Assembly (NCBI GenBank): GCA_002269645.1
Contig: NIVC01001393.1
Location: 162,481-226,480 of the forward strand
Origin: Macrostomum lignano
Lineage: Eukaryota
Direction of reading: 5' to 3'
Length of the DNA: 64,000 nucleotides
Within the stretch, counting starts at the first letter, position 1; each line of letters starts with the position of its first letter. The notes under the pieces were generated by a model. That model saw only the letters and a program-made list of their open reading frames with translations. It was not told the origin of the DNA and did no database searches. Position numbers and translations under genes: made by a program. This document shows positions 61,790 to 64,000 of the stretch, piece after piece.

Positions 61790-62505
61790 GGAAGGCATGT
61801 GGATCTCACAGGGAAGGCTAGGATGTCACAAGGAAGGCTAGGATGTCACAAGGAAGGCTAGGATGTCACAAGGAAGGCTAGGATGTCACAAGGAAGGCTA
61901 GGATGTCACAAGGAAGGCTAGGATATCACAGGAGAGGCTGGGATGTCACAGGAAAGGCTAGGATGTCACAAGGAAGGCTAGGATATCACAGGAAAGGCTA
62001 GGATGTCACAGGAAAGGCTAGGATGTCACAGGAAAGGCTAGGATGTCACGGGAAAGGCTAGGATGTCACAGGGAGGATGCATGGATGTCACAGGGATGAG
62101 GAATGGATGTCACAGGGAGGATGTATGGATGTCACAGGGATGAGGAATGGATGTCACAGGGAGGATGTATGGATGTCACAGGGATGAGGAATGGATGTCA
62201 CAGGGAGGATGTATGGATGTCACAGGGATGAGGAATGGATGTCACAGGGAGGATGTATGGATGTCACAGGGATGAGGAATGGATGTCACAGGGAGGATGT
62301 ATGGATGTCACAGGGATGAGGAATGGATGTCACAGGGAGGATGCATGGATGTCACAGGGAGGATGCATGGATGTCACAGGGAGGATGCATGGATGTCACA
62401 GGGAGGATGCATGGATGTCACAGGGAGGATGCATGAATGTCACAGGGATGAGGAATGGATGTCACAGGGAAGGCGTGGATATCACGGGAAAGACGAGGAG
62501 GTCAC
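61790..62505 (+). repeat. GGATGTCACA-core minisatellite: 20-bp units then alternating 22-bp units
   Basis: GGATGTCACAAGGAAGGCTA, then GGATGTCACAGGGAGGATGTAT / GGATGTCACAGGGATGAGGAAT. Confidence 0.92.
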
Positions 62506-62622
62506 AGGGGGGAGGCGGGGCCGCCACACGTAGGAGCCTGTGAGCATCACTGAAAAGTGTGAATGTCACCAGAACTGACGGCACAGTTTCCACACGAATT
62601 CCGCCGCCACCCCACAGTTGCC

Positions 62623-63440
62623 ATGCGGTCGCTGGTGCTGCAGTTCTCCTCGCTTCTTCAGCTGTGGCTGGTGCTGGGGCCCGTCGAGTCGCAGCAGTTG
62701 CAGTTCTTGCACAAGCTGTGCATGGAGCCGGTGCTGCTGGACTCCATCGAGTCCATGAAGGAGGCTGGGCCGCGCTACAACCAGCTGCAGACCAGTCTGG
62801 CCGCGCTGCAGAAATCACTGAACGAGACCCTCTTCGAGTTTGTACTGCACGACCTCAAGAATCTTGATAGCAGCGCCCAGACTCCCAAAAACTCATCAGG
62901 ACTGTCTGCCGGATGCTGGAGCTGGACGAGCGAGCTACGCGAACGCGCTGCTCATCGCCTCTGTGTCTCGGCGATCCGTTCACACCCGCATAGCAACCAG
63001 ATCTACCGAATACCTGATGCACCTGCTCACTTCGCTTGAATTCCGTGCTTCACTTACCTGGCAATGCGGTGGCCCAGCTCGATGTGAGTGAGCAGATGAG
63101 GGGGTGCCTCGTCAGATAATGAGCAAAAGGAAAGAGATGCAGGGTATTTTGACTCTTTCAATTCCAGCAATTGCCTATCAAGTCGAGGGTGAGAGACGAA
63201 TGCATATATTTATTTGCATGATCGCTGCATGAGAAGCACAACTGAAAGTTTTCATTGAACGATAGAGGCGACTGTACCGGCTCCTTGCACGAGCTATTTT
63301 GTGTTGTCTAAGAAACTGCAAATTTTATCCTCACTTCATTTGCAATTTTAATTCTAACTTTTTTGATGGTGCAGAAAAAAGCATGACAGAATTTTGCTTT
63401 TGTATGCACTGAATTCATGTGCCCCGGATGCGACACTTGG

Positions 63441-63488
<48 letters not shown>

Positions 63489-63492
63489 CTAC

Positions 63493-63548
<56 letters not shown>

Positions 63549-63551
63549 CTA

Positions 63552-63608
<57 letters not shown>

Positions 63609-63640
63609 CTAAGACAGACAGACAGACAGACAGACACTCT

Positions 63641-63704
<64 letters not shown>

Positions 63705-64000
63705 TTGGCTTCATCCGACCAATCCATCAGATGGAACAGCAGCCCATGTGCATCAGATTGGAGCCGGGCGCGCACCACGTGGCCAGAGCTGTGGCAGACT
63801 TCTTAGCTATATACAAGTGGCGCAGGCTGTGCATCATCGCTTCGAAGCAGACGCCTGGCTGGCAGGCTGTTATTGAGAGCCTAAAAAATCTGGCGGATGA
63901 CAGTCATGAAATGAACGATCCCAACGTATTCAGGCAAGCTGCATTCCAATTGGCTAATAAACTCATTTTTGGCCAGCCTCAGCTAGCCAATCAGAAAGCC
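62623..64000 (+). pseudogene. NMDA-receptor-2-like ionotropic glutamate receptor, 5' part (amino-terminal domain); exon about 62623-63083 with three apparent -1 frameshifts, exon 63702 to window end
   Basis: Signal peptide MRSLVLQFSSLLQLWLVLGPVES; DSQKLIRTVCRML; ANALLIAS...TRSTEYLMHLLTSL/IPCFTY. Open exon IGFIRP...[46 protein letters not shown] resembles the invertebrate NR2 ATD. Could be an intact gene with assembly indels. Confidence 0.6.
63441..63701 (+). repeat. (GACA)n microsatellite with CACTAA interruptions
   Basis: Ends exactly at the predicted acceptor of the receptor exon. Confidence 0.95.

Overview
Animal (invertebrate) genomic DNA with short GT-AG introns, GC-rich exons and abundant minisatellites. 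The style suggests a flatworm such as Macrostomum, but that is inference only. 1-2.6 kb: 3' part of an internally deleted Ty3/Gypsy LTR retrotransposon. 4-10 kb: a tRNA-derived SINE, decayed RTE-type LINE pieces and two tandem, intron-containing insulin-like peptide (ILP) genes with atypical cysteine patterns, each with an odd number of Cys in the predicted mature peptide. 10.7-19.3 kb: a dense nest of DNA transposons. It holds nested P-element-family elements with readable TIRs and TSDs, THAP/P-transposase remnants, long palindromes and four divergent Crypton-like tyrosine-recombinase (YR) remnants. Each YR remnant is bracketed by CCATAGAC direct repeats in the same orientation relative to its gene, and I counted 20 exact copies of this 8-mer in 8.4 kb. 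20-64 kb: mostly unrelated tandem arrays, including a 9.5-kb 23-bp satellite. These interleave with a six-exon mitochondrial ribosomal protein S15 gene and the frameshifted 5' end of an NMDA-receptor-2-like glutamate receptor gene. All long repetitive ORFs in the ORF track are satellite artefacts. The two best leads are the CCATAGAC-delimited YR cassette cluster and the odd-cysteine ILP pair. All homology calls come from motif recognition by eye; no searches were run.
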